A DNA stretch of 63,947 nucleotides, filler included, from Globobulimina sp. (Eukaryota): the NCBI GenBank assembly GCA_003354225.1. It is 23 parts of 23 records of this genome, joined end to end, with 100 filler letters (N's around TTAATTAATTAA, not from the genome) between each part and the next. Parts side by side here need not be neighbours in the genome. Positions count along the whole stretch, not along the records: positions 47,351 to 50,034 come from PIVH01005364.1; positions 50,135 to 52,817 come from PIVH01005365.1; positions 52,918 to 55,600 come from PIVH01005366.1; positions 55,701 to 58,383 come from PIVH01005367.1; positions 58,484 to 61,165 come from PIVH01005368.1; 18 more parts are not named here. One strand, given 5' to 3'. The stretch's first letter is position 1, and the number at the start of each line of letters is the position of its first letter. The translations under genes were made by a program, and so were the position numbers. This document shows positions 47,482-59,014 of the stretch, in pieces. Under the pieces are notes generated by a model, which saw only the letters and a list, made by a program, of their open reading frames with translations, was not told where the DNA came from and searched no databases.

Positions 47482-50034
47482 ATGGTGACCAAATGGAGGA
47501 GTACATCTCTCAAACATAAAATCGTTCGATGTGACTTCTGCAATACTTATAACCATATTAACTGCTTTAACCTCAATGACTTATATTTAATTAAACCGAA
47601 ATGGCAGTCATATAAACATTGGTGTATGCAATGCAGCTGTCCTTATCCTATTATTTACTTATTTAATGGCTTCGCATCCCCGGATACCTTTAATAGACAA
47701 ACTGCGACCCATTTATTCATCAATTTGGTCAATAATCCATTACGCATTTCCAATATTGATTTGTTTTTAGACAGTGCTGACACTGTGTTTCTCTCATTTA
47801 TGAATTGTTTATTTCATCAAGACATTAAATCTATTTCCCCGGCCCCCTCATCTCGATTATCCAATGACAACCATCCACAATCATTATCTCACAGATCCTC
47901 AGCCAGCTCTCATCCATCATTTACTATTTCAAATAAGTCATCATTAACATCTGTATCCTATCACTCGTTGGACACTTTAACTGATAATTGTTTAAATGAT
48001 AAATCAATATTAACTTATCAACGATCATCAAGCCGCAGCATCAAATTAGCAATTAAACTCACACAACAACACCAATGTAATTCATTTATGGAGCAAGACC
48101 CTCATATCAATACCCTCAGTAACCACGCATATGATACTCCTGCTGAAAATGAACATAAATCTGAATTAATGGACACACATTCATCAAGAAGAACTACCAA
48201 AATCGTTTCAACGCTGAAACGCCATCGTTTGTTATTGCAGATGCGGATGAAACGCGCCATGAAATTGGCTGTGATCAATACAATTAAACATATCTTTTTA
48301 TCTGACAGAGCACCATTGATTCGCCATATTTTCCACCATTGATTATTTGATATCAAGGACCCTGAACTTATTCCACCATTGATAAACCACCATATTTTAC
48401 CATACCATCCCACCTTAAATCAGATCAAAGCGCGACGACAGTTTGCGAATCACCGCCGTCGACGTCTCCTCAAAAAGCATAAAAAGAAAATTCGATTCAT
48501 ATTTTTTAAAGAAGCTTCGCGCGTCGCTCCCACCCAGAAACCTACCATTTTGATACCCGATTATCAGCCCTGCGACGCGTTAGTATCGGTTCTTCAATTA
48601 AGCCTCAAATTTGTTAGCACTCCGCAACAGTTTGACTTTAACAACCTCCATATTGGCTTGTTAAATATGGCTCGTAGCGCAAGGCTTCAATGGATTTTTA
48701 ATAAACCTGACGATGATGACGCACGTTTCAATTCTAATAATGATGATGGTGCCGAAGAAAAAGGTGTGCGCCGCCCAAAGATCCCTAAAAATGATACCAT
48801 TTGGTACAACAAAATCCGCTCTATCTTCACTCATTGGGAGAATAACCACATTTCCTTTCAAGATGACCCCCAGAGCGGCTTTAATAAAAATGTTGTCTTT
48901 CAAGGTGGAATCAAGAAAGTTATAGAACACACCGGCAAAATGAATCTAGAGGCCTTCCTTAAAATGGTCATCACCGAATATCTCGAGGAAGCCCAAGCCA
49001 TTCAACGTAACTCCATATTTCCCCGCAACCTCTCCCAGGAACAGGAGGATGCCATCAATGACATCATCGACCATCCAGCAATCATTCAGCGACCGACCGA
49101 TAAAACAGGTAATTATGTGTTTACAACCAATGATTTATATTATTCGCAGTCCAGAAAAACGATATTAAAACAAAATATGGTGCCGCTGACTGATTTTAGT
49201 ATATCCGACTTTGCCTTTAAGTTTAACCAGAAACTATTATTCTGGTTCGAAAGAGGTGAATTATCATTTGAATGGATTGAATTATTAAAAGCAAAGTATC
49301 CCTACAATTATCATTATAAACTATCAAACATTTATTGCCAATATAAAGACCACAAACCAGATCCAAATAAACAGCGCGCGATTAACTCTTCGTGTGGCAC
49401 CATATTAAAACCGACAATGCAGATGATTTTATTTCACTTATTACCACAATGGAAAGCACTCAATTATCAGATTCAGGATACCAAGGCATTAATGTTAATC
49501 TTGATGGAATTAAACGATTTACCATCACTCCACGAAGCCGCGTTGAACGGCACTTTGATGATATTTTCCATGGACGTTGTGGGAATGTACCCATCTATTT
49601 TACATAAGTTAAGCCTTTTAATGTTGTGTTATGTATACAATTTAGTTCGAGAACTTAGTTATTCCCATCCTTCTCCTGAATGTATTCGCGACTTATTATA
49701 TTTCTGCATTAAAAACAACGTTTCTGACTTTAATGGAGAAACATTTATTCCAATCAGCGGTATCGGCCAAGGAGTTGACTTTGCGGCACAATTATGCGAC
49801 TTTGTTATGATAATATTTGATGTTTTATTACGAAATAAAATATGGGTCAAACAAGTCTGCGACTTAGACTTATTATATTCGGGCCGTTACCGTGATGATT
49901 ACTTATTAATTGCCATTGGTGAATTATTTGATGTTTTTATGTTACGCTCCGCAATGAATCACTTATTTACTTTCAATCCAATGCATATCAATCCGATTAA
50001 CGACATCTTCGATGAATATAATTTTAATTTAGGC
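47482..50034 (+). mobile_element. Penelope-like element reverse transcriptase with N-terminal PHD-like finger; in-frame TGA at 48340-48342
   Basis: LSLKFVSTP, QRPTDKTGNYV, YCQYKDHKP ... RAINS, SMDVVGMYPSI, FNGETF ... GIGQG, RYRDDYL; CDFC-x4-HINC ... WCMQC. Confidence 0.85.
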
Positions 50035-50314
50035 NNNNNNNNNNNNNNNNNNNNNNNNNNNNNNNNNNNNNNNNNNNNTTAATTAATTAANNNNNNNNNN
50101 NNNNNNNNNNNNNNNNNNNNNNNNNNNNNNNNNNATATGTCCATCTATATGCTCTACGGCCACCACTGACCACTACCGACCTAATTAAAATATGTGGCGG
50201 TATAAAATTTCCATCAAAATTCCAATCAAAAATTTATCTCGGCTCAAGATCATGGCATTACTAATTAAGATGTAGATTTGATTCTGGATTTTAAAACAAT
50301 ATTAAATATCTAAG

Positions 50315-50890
50315 ATGTTTATATCCTCAGATATGCTTTTAAAACTTCTTTTAACATCGATTTTTGTCTACATGTTGTTTGGTTTAATTGCTGAAGTTAC
50401 GCCAATAATGAACATTTGTTACAGGCCAGAATCAATTCACGTGGCATTCACGTATTTAATATATTTAGCAGTTGTTTTTTTTATTGTTGCATTTATAGCT
50501 CTTGTTTATATTATTATTGCTCAATTAATCGCAGGGAACTCAGTTCACCGTATCATTATAAAAAGTATATTGCAAATTGTAGAGAGTTTATTTCATGACA
50601 AATTATTTGACATTTACAATGGATCAGCACCATCCAATGTATATTTATTAAACGATAAATCAAGTAACAAACATCAATGTGGTATTTGTCTGGATGTATT
50701 TAGTCCATTATCGGATGAGACGGAATGTATATTGAAATGTGGCCATCGATATCACAAAAAATGTTTAAGACAATGGGAATTGCACCAATTTAATAAACAT
50801 ATGAATCCGTTTAATGGCCATAAGTGCGCAATATGCAAAACTAAATATGATTGGAAAAATAAATGGGGATATGTTAATAAATTAAATTAA
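50315..50890 (+). CDS. Membrane-anchored RING-H2 protein
   Basis: Two TM helices; CGICLD ... CGHRYHKKC ... W ... CAIC. Confidence 0.88.
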   Translation: MFISSDMLLKLLLTSIFVYMLFGLIAEVTPIMNICYRPESIHVAFTYLIYLAVVFFIVAFIALVYIIIAQLIAGNSVHRIIIKSILQIVESLFHDKLFDIYNGSAPSNVYLLNDKSSNKHQCGICLDVFSPLSDETECILKCGHRYHKKCLRQWELHQFNKHMNPFNGHKCAICKTKYDWKNKWGYVNKLN

Positions 50891-51185
50891 ATACTTTATT
50901 CTAGCACTTCGACATTGTCCAATATTTTTGATTGTATAATGAGTGCAAGGATACGCTGATCGACCAATTGTTAAATCCTTTGTCAATTTCAGTATAAATA
51001 TAATATAAAACAATAAATACTGCAATTTTGTTTTTGCGAAATAAGGGGAAAACACAATCGAAGAATACACGAATTATAAATAGATCAAAATATTGGTTGT
51101 TGAAAGAAAATAAAGGAATATATAAGAAAACAACAACACAACAGTTACAAACATGGCAACCAGATCTAAATATACCACATATTAT

Positions 51186-52754
51186 TTAAACTAAAAAAGA
51201 ATTATCTCGTTCGTCCATAATATGTTGATATGCCTCCATCAATGAGTTACCGCCGGCACTTTGCTGTACCATATACTTCCACACATAGGAAGACCTCCCA
51301 ATTAATCGATTCCTTTTCTTTGTTGTCAGTTGTTGGATATTCTTGGTTTCATCCACAATAAAATTCACAATAATATCAACAATGTACTGATTTAATCCAT
51401 AAATCGGATACCTATCACAAATATAATTTAATGTAAACAACAACGCTTTCCTTTCATTAAACTCATTATATAATCTATTGATTTGCTCCTCAATCTCATC
51501 ATTACTAAAACATGAAATCGCCGCAAACACCGTTGGATTCCTCAAAATTCTAAAATTCCAGCCATTATTCATCAGCCACGACCTTTTACTCAGCACAAAA
51601 ACCACTGCAATTAAAATAAATATCACCTGTACCACCACCACAATAACACAAAAATATACTTCAAATAACTGATAAATAAACCAAAATTGCAAGGCAACAT
51701 TGCCACACATGGACAGAAATAAAATCAAAGGCCAGATATATTTGACATAAATGAGTGGCATAGTCGCATATCTATGATAATGATCGTGTTCGTTATTGAT
51801 ATAATTAATGTCTCTTCGGATAAAAATCCGCCGTAAACCTAATATATCTTCGTTTATAATCATATCTAATGAGAGTACGTTCAACTGAGTGATATTTATG
51901 GTGACATGTTTACTTTGCGTACCATCCCCAGCCTCAATAAAGAATGTATATTCGCCATATTTATATAAATCATTTATCATTGGCTCAATGCGTTTGATCC
52001 AACGCATGGTTTCGATAAAATTAATGGACGCAGTCACATTATACGATTGATGGAAGACACAAATCAAATAATAATATAAGGTAATAATACGTCGCATTTT
52101 CTCGTTTTCATTGCTTTTCGCGTTTTTGATGAATTTTATAATGGAGGATTCCAAGGAATTGGTCGCAATGGATATGATACCCCAGAAATCATAATGGGTC
52201 TCGAAATTTGAGCCTTTTAATACTAAGCCATTGTAAGATACGGAGAAGCCCATAATAAAGGAAAAAAATACGAACAATTCTTGCCACCAAATCGTTTTTG
52301 CAATCACAGAAAAGCTATATTTGCGGAAGAAATATAAAGTTAAAATAATTACAATTATATGCATTGAGAATACGTACATTCCAATGGATAACAATGATAA
52401 AAATGGATCAATCATTAAAAATGAGATTAAGACAAGTACTGGTAACCAGATAATGAAAAAAAACCATAAATAAAACCACGGATATTTGACAGTTAATTGA
52501 GTTAAACAGTTCCGTAATTTACATTGACATTTGGATGATTTCCATTTCTTTCTTTTCATAGATATGAGTTGCGTTGTGCTTGGCTTATTGTTACAGCATG
52601 TTACGTAGTCCTTCTTTTTGGTTTCAATCACAAAAGGATCTGTCTCTGTTTTCGCGATTAATCGCAATGATACTATATCTTCGTCTGATGAACGCATTGT
52701 GTGCTGAGTTGTGTATGTTTCGCTGTGACGCATCAAAGACACATTACAAAACAC
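51186..52754 (-). CDS. Multi-pass membrane hypothetical protein
   Basis: 522-aa ORF with several hydrophobic segments. Confidence 0.6.
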   Translation of the reverse strand: MFCNVSLMRHSETYTTQHTMRSSDEDIVSLRLIAKTETDPFVIETKKKDYVTCCNNKPSTTQLISMKRKKWKSSKCQCKLRNCLTQLTVKYPWFYLWFFFIIWLPVLVLISFLMIDPFLSLLSIGMYVFSMHIIVIILTLYFFRKYSFSVIAKTIWWQELFVFFSFIMGFSVSYNGLVLKGSNFETHYDFWGIISIATNSLESSIIKFIKNAKSNENEKMRRIITLYYYLICVFHQSYNVTASINFIETMRWIKRIEPMINDLYKYGEYTFFIEAGDGTQSKHVTINITQLNVLSLDMIINEDILGLRRIFIRRDINYINNEHDHYHRYATMPLIYVKYIWPLILFLSMCGNVALQFWFIYQLFEVYFCVIVVVVQVIFILIAVVFVLSKRSWLMNNGWNFRILRNPTVFAAISCFSNDEIEEQINRLYNEFNERKALLFTLNYICDRYPIYGLNQYIVDIIVNFIVDETKNIQQLTTKKRNRLIGRSSYVWKYMVQQSAGGNSLMEAYQHIMDERDNSFLV

Positions 52755-53102
52755 GAAAAAAACCGCAAAAGCTCCTTTTTTTTTAAGTAAATATATTACC
52801 CAAAAACTGCTTTTGTANNNNNNNNNNNNNNNNNNNNNNNNNNNNNNNNNNNNNNNNNNNNTTAATTAATTAANNNNNNNNNNNNNNNNNNNNNNNNNNN
52901 NNNNNNNNNNNNNNNNNTCTTGTACTCTTCTTTTTTTTCGCAGTCCATTTGAGTTTATGTGCTTTGGATATTGGCTTGTTTTCATCATTTTGTTGTGCCA
53001 TTATGTGTTAGTAACTCAATTTTTTTTAAAAAACTCTTTGCATAGAAACATAAGAAATTTGTACAATTCTCATTCTTGCTCCTCCCATACTTACACATAA
53101 AT

Positions 53103-53788
53103 ATGTTTAATTATCGAAACCAGTCCCATTTTGAAACTCCATCAATAAGAACATATAAAAGCGTTCGAAATCAAAATAATGAAAGCAATCAAATATTTTC
53201 GACGATTAAACGATCAAAAAACTTAAATGCGAATAAAAACAAAAGTAGAAGATTTGGCACAGATTTAATGAACAAATTGCCAGTTACAAGGATTCAACAT
53301 AGTAAAACCACGCAAATTAATAAAACATCAAAAAAAATATCATTTAAATTTAAAGTTAATAATAACGGAATAAAAAATGAATTTGAATATGAAGAGCCTG
53401 AATATTGTCCTCCATCGACATCATGGAAACCATCGATAAATACATCATTTGATGGTATTTTTAAAAAAGTATTTAATTTTATTGGTTCATATAAATTATT
53501 TATTCCATCAACAAAAATTACATCATTTAACTACGACATTAAAAATCATTTTAAAGAGATTAAAGAACTGAAATTACCATTAAATTATGCATATGACACT
53601 GATAGTGATTATTCTGATGATGATCAATTTTTATCTCAATTTCAAAATAATTGTCATATTCCTTTGGTATTTTTTTATTTTCTGTTTTATCTCCAGTCCG
53701 TTATTTAAAAACAATAAATAAATAAATAAATAAATAGGCTGACATTCAGGTCGCAACAGTAATGTTAGAATGTCCTATGTTTGGTTAA
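53103..53788 (+). CDS. Low-complexity protein, securin-like candidate
   Basis: D-box-like RRFGTDLMN; EEPEYCPP; probable intron at about 53667-53737. Confidence 0.4.
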
Positions 53789-54228
53789 ATGAATCCAATT
53801 AATTGTCTGCTTAAATTTTATCATGTGTTTGTTGTGACGGTTGTGTTGTATTTAAATTTCATAGTATTTTCATACTGATACTGTTGTTCCCACATTGCAA
53901 ACAAGTCAACAGCCAATAATGTAAAAGCAAATAAGTCATTCAAAGAATTTTACAATGCAGATCGAAATTATATACACTACATTTACTCAGTTACTAATTA
54001 TTCGTGACACACCATTTGGCATTTGAGCATAAATCATGATATAACCTAATTTAATTACTAATCGCAAGTCATTTTGTTGGAGCTTGGAGATGAGATCATC
54101 ACCGACTCCGAGTGGTTCATTTTTCCTAACACTGATCCCAAATTAGAAATTTCCAGGATTTTTAATGTTGGTTTCAGAAATGACCAGAATTTTCAGAAGC
54201 ATAAGTTAGTAAATAAGTAACGTATATT

Positions 54229-54345
54229 CAACAGATAAACATAAACATATAAACAACTTAAACATAAATTAAACATTTAAGCATCAACATGTGGTTGTAT
54301 GTTCGGTTTATGTTTATCTGTTTATGTGTTTATGTTTAAGTGTTT
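54229..54345. repeat. Fold-back repeat built from TAAACA units
   Basis: AACAGATAAACATAAAC vs GTTTATGTTTATCTGTT; ACTTAAACATAAA vs TTTATGTTTAAGT. Confidence 0.75.
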
Positions 54346-54549
54346 AAATAGATATTTACTATTTAGTTTTTCAGAAACTATTTTTTCAGAAACGGATTGA
54401 CAAACAATATGTAATTACGTAATTAACTCAATCTTTATTACATAATTTTCATAATCACAAAACGAAATAAATTATATTACAATTGCTGTACAAACGGAAC
54501 ACTAAAAGAAAAATGCTATAAAAGTTAATTAAAAAGTGTAGATCATAGA

Positions 54550-55060
54550 TCATAGATCATTTGGATCATACTCTGTTGAAACATACCAATCTTGTAAATC
54601 AACGCTATTTTCATCATCACTATACACACATTGTAACAATGATATATCTTTTACAAAACAATTGGTGGATACACCATAAAAAATTACTGGAAGTAACGAT
54701 TTCGGGTTAGATTGGTATATAATTTCTTGCATTGTTTTATATTTTGCTGTTACAAAATACAATTCATTGCAGATTGATGTTAATTGAGTTCCATATTTCG
54801 AAAATGTAGAGTTATTCATAAATGCCTTATGCCACCAGCCATTGTCCCATTTAATTGGTTTATATTTCTGTCTCGTTACCGGGTCATAGAGAGACGATAA
54901 TGTTTTTGAGAAACATTTCCAAAATGGATTCACCATTTCATTGATATCATTATCATTTTGTGCTTCGTAATCATCCAAAGCCCAAAATACAAATCCTTGC
55001 GAATCCTTCCATGTTAAAAACTTGATAAAGTTGTTTATTTCCGCTTTGTCTGTCCATGTT
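54550..55060 (-). CDS. Hypothetical protein
   Basis: 142-aa ORF that extends upstream in frame. Confidence 0.45.
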
Positions 55061-56076
55061 ATAGTGTTATTTTAAAATAACTACAAATATAATATTATAT
55101 ATATATATATATATGTACACACCATGAGAGTAGCGATTAAGATCTGAGATCAGTGAGATGAGTAAATCCGCACTATAAATAGTTTGTTTTTTTAATGGAA
55201 CAATTATCAATGACGTAGATAAAATGTATGGTGTACATTTCTTATATGTTTTAAATAAACCAATCAAGCTCACAAAAATTATTCGTCGTGGATCGAATAA
55301 CTTATTATTACTAATGATAACACGTTTTTTTTCTGTATTTTTACATGTGGTGTTGGAATCGGATTGTTTGCTGTGTGATTTGTGTCTGTATAGAATTAAA
55401 GAAATTATTACGTGTTCGTGAATTTACTGGCACTTTGCGTAAAGTTATTTAACTGATTTCCCATTGTCTGAAAATGATTAAATGTTAGTATCAGAGAAAT
55501 ATTGGGAAGGAAAATAGGTTAATAATAAAATGTTAATGGTTCCCGATGAAACACAACCTTTAAGAATTCAATTTTGACTTTCAATGTTTTTATTTTGAAT
55601 NNNNNNNNNNNNNNNNNNNNNNNNNNNNNNNNNNNNNNNNNNNNTTAATTAATTAANNNNNNNNNNNNNNNNNNNNNNNNNNNNNNNNNNNNNNNNNNNN
55701 ATAGCTTGTTCTGTGAAAACCTTTCAAGAGTAAGTATAATTATAGCTTGTTAATAATTCATTAATATCAGTTATCTCTCAAGTCGCAACTACTAATTTTA
55801 ATCCAGCGTTAGATCGTTATATGAGACGGAAAACAAAGCCGAAAAACATTATATATCCGCCATGTTGGCGGGATAGTAATAAACTAATACGTGATTATAC
55901 ATTTTTTTTAGATTATGTGTTGAATTCTATTTGAAAGCATGCGTAGTAGAATACAAAACGTACACACTCTAAGTAATAATAATAGAAAATATAATATTAT
56001 ATGGTAAAATATATAGATAATTTAAGCAAAATGCAAAATGTCTATATCAATCTTCATTACTTTGTTTATTCGCAAA

Positions 56077-58383
56077 TTAATCTTCATTTTCTTTACTTTC
56101 TGCTGCATCTTTGGCTGCATTTAATTTATTTTTTAATCTCTCCAATGATTCATATTTTCCTTCCATACTTTTCATCTCAATCTCTTTATTTTGCAACATC
56201 TCTTTCAATGCTTCAACTTCTTTCCTATATTTCTCTATCTCTTTTACATCCAAATCACCTTTTTTTTTCAACATCTCCTTGGACTCTTTCAAGCTTTCAA
56301 TTTCCTGCCCATTTTCATCAATTTTTTCCTCAAACTCTTGATTTAATTGTTTCAAACTTTCAATCTCTTTTCCATTTACATCCACCATACCTTGCAATTC
56401 TTCATTTGCTGTTTTTAATGTTTCCACCTCTTTCGCATCCGATTCACATTTTGTTTTTAACTCATCATTCTCTTTATTTTTGCCCTGAATATAAATCCAT
56501 ATAAATCCGAAACAAAAACAAACCAAAAACACGCATTAAACCTAACTTGTAATTCATTTGTTAATCCTTCATTTTCCTGCTTCAAATTTTCAATTTCTGT
56601 TATATTGCCATCGATTTTTGTTTGTAACTCCTCCATTTGTTTTGCGTCTGAATCTCTTTTTTTCTTCAATTGTTGAAATATTACAATCTTTTTTACATTT
56701 TCAGCAATTTTACCTTGTAACTCACCATTTGATTGTTTTAAAGATTCCATCGCCTGCACATTTTCATCAATTACACCTTGTAACTCTCCATTGGACGCCT
56801 TTAATGCTTCCATCTCTTTTGCATCCTCCTCACATTTTGCTGTCAGTGCATCATTCTCACTATTTTTAGCCTAATATACATTTATAAAAGCCGTTAAACT
56901 CCGAAATAAAACACACAAAAAATACAAACTCAACTTGTAATTCATTTGTTAATTCTTGATTTGCCGCTGTCAAAGTTTCAATCGCCTTTGAATTGTCATC
57001 AACTTTGCTCTCAAATTCTTGATTTAATAGTTTTAAATTTTCAATCTCTTTCACACTTTCACCCATTTTGCCTTCTAAATCCTCCCTTTCTTTCCCATCA
57101 GATTCGCATTTTATTTTCAATTCGTCATTTTCTTTATTTTTATCCTATTTTATAAATCCATAAACATCACAAACAAAAATGTATATAAATAAAGATAACT
57201 TGTAATTGATTGCTTATTTCTTCATTTTCCTGCTTCAAAGCTTCAATCTCCGTTGTATTTTCATCGATTTTTGCTTGTAATCCGTCGCTTTGTTTTGCGT
57301 CTTCGTCTGCCTTTTCCTTCAATTGTTGCAATGTCTCAATCTCCTTTGCATTTTCATCAATTTTTGTTTGTAATTCTTGATTGCTTTGCTTTGCAGTTTC
57401 AATCTCTTTTAAACTTTCATCCAATTTACTTTGTAATTCTTCATTTGCTGTTTTTAAGGTTTCCGTCTCTTTTGCATCATCTTCATATTTTGTTTGCAGT
57501 TCTTCATTTTCTTTATGTTTATCCTGTAAATTTATAAAAATACGTAAAACGCCGAAATAAAAACACACAAAAAAAAATAAACATACTTGTGATTGATTTG
57601 TTAATTCGTCATTTGACTTTGTCAAAGTTTCAATCGCATTTCTATTTTCATCAATTTTTGTCTCCAATTCTTGCTTTAATTGGTTTAAACTTTCAATTTC
57701 TTTTACATTTTCATCCATTTTCGCCTGCAATTCTTCATTTGTTGTCTTTGACGTTTCCATCTCTTTTGCGTCTGATTCACATTTTGTTTTCAGCTCATCA
57801 TTTTCTTTTGTTTTTTCCTAGAAATTTATAAAAAATCCGGAAAAATCAGAAACAAAAACGTATATAAAAACATATATAACTTGTAATTGATTTGTTAATT
57901 CTTCGTTTTGTGTCTTTAATTCGACGTTTTCTGTTTGAATTTTATTAACTTTGTCATTGGCTTCATTTGCCGCAGAATTTCCATTCTCTTTCAATTCATT
58001 TAATTCTTGATGTATAGCTTCATTTTCTTCTTTTGACTCATTTAATTCTTGTTCAATTTTAGTATTTGTTTCTTCTAATTTTATTTTATCCGCTTTTAAT
58101 TGATCTAATTCCTCATTTAATGAATCATTCGCTTGTTTTGATTCATTTGCCTCGGACGCAGTCTCTTCTTTCATTTTATTTATTTCTTGTACATTTTCAT
58201 CAATTTTTGTTTGAAATTCTTGATTTAATTGCTTTAAACCTTCCGCTGCCTCTACACTTTCATCCATTTTACTTTGTAATTCTTGATTGGATATTTTAAA
58301 TGTTTCCATCTCTTTGGAATCCGCCTCACATTTTGTGTTTAATTCCTATAAATTTATAAAAAATCCGTGAAAATCCGAGACGA
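56077..58383 (-). CDS. Acidic coiled-coil protein built from tandemly duplicated exon-intron modules
   Basis: Six exons beginning xKxKENxELxxKCExDxKE and mostly ending LTN(E/Q)LQ, separated by related ~60-nt phase-0 introns. Confidence 0.85.
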
Positions 58384-58483
58384 NNNNNNNNNNNNNNNNN
58401 NNNNNNNNNNNNNNNNNNNNNNNNNNNTTAATTAATTAANNNNNNNNNNNNNNNNNNNNNNNNNNNNNNNNNNNNNNNNNNNN

Positions 58484-58999
58484 TATAATCCATTGAATGA
58501 AACAAAAATAGCATTGTTGGGATTTCATAATAAATTTTTATCCGCATATAAAAATGGTACAATTGAATTAAAAAAAGGTGACATTGGATCAAATGAAATA
58601 TTTACAACCATTCCAAATACGAAAGGTGTTGAATCTCAAAACGATTATCGAATGAAAATATGTTTTAAGTTAAATGGAGCCGATTTATATTTATGTTGCG
58701 AAAAAAACGGGAAATTGTCTCTGAAACAATGGTGCAGAAAATGGGAAACGTGGGTTGTTGAACAGGAGGAAAAGTCCGGAATGTATTCATTTAAATCTTA
58801 CCATAATACATATTTATGTGCAGAGAAAGGAAAAGTAATTGCAAATAGAAAAAAGAAAAAAGATTGGGAGAAATGGAGAATTATTGTGGTTCAAGATGCA
58901 AAACCAAAGCAACAACAACCAACACAGCAATACACAACGCATGATTCAACTGCAAATCCTCCAGAACCAATGGCAGAAAATGATGGATCATATTACTAA
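58484..58999 (+). CDS. Fascin-like beta-trefoil domain protein (5' partial)
   Basis: IALLGFHNKFLSA, YLCCEKNG ... WETW, YSFKSYHNTYLCAE ... ANR ... DWEKW. Confidence 0.75.
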   Translation, partial: YNPLNETKIALLGFHNKFLSAYKNGTIELKKGDIGSNEIFTTIPNTKGVESQNDYRMKICFKLNGADLYLCCEKNGKLSLKQWCRKWETWVVEQEEKSGMYSFKSYHNTYLCAEKGKVIANRKKKKDWEKWRIIVVQDAKPKQQQPTQQYTTHDSTANPPEPMAENDGSYY

Positions 59000-59014
59000 G
59001 CGTTAGTATTATCC

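Noticed and set aside
10925-48342. Alternative genetic code suggested by in-frame stops (TAG 10925, TGA 22716/22722, TGA 48340)
   Set aside because: TAA, TAG and TGA all end other genes here (actin and DNALI1 TAA, RTCB TAG, Oxa1 TGA); long ORFs lack internal stops and use TGG for Trp
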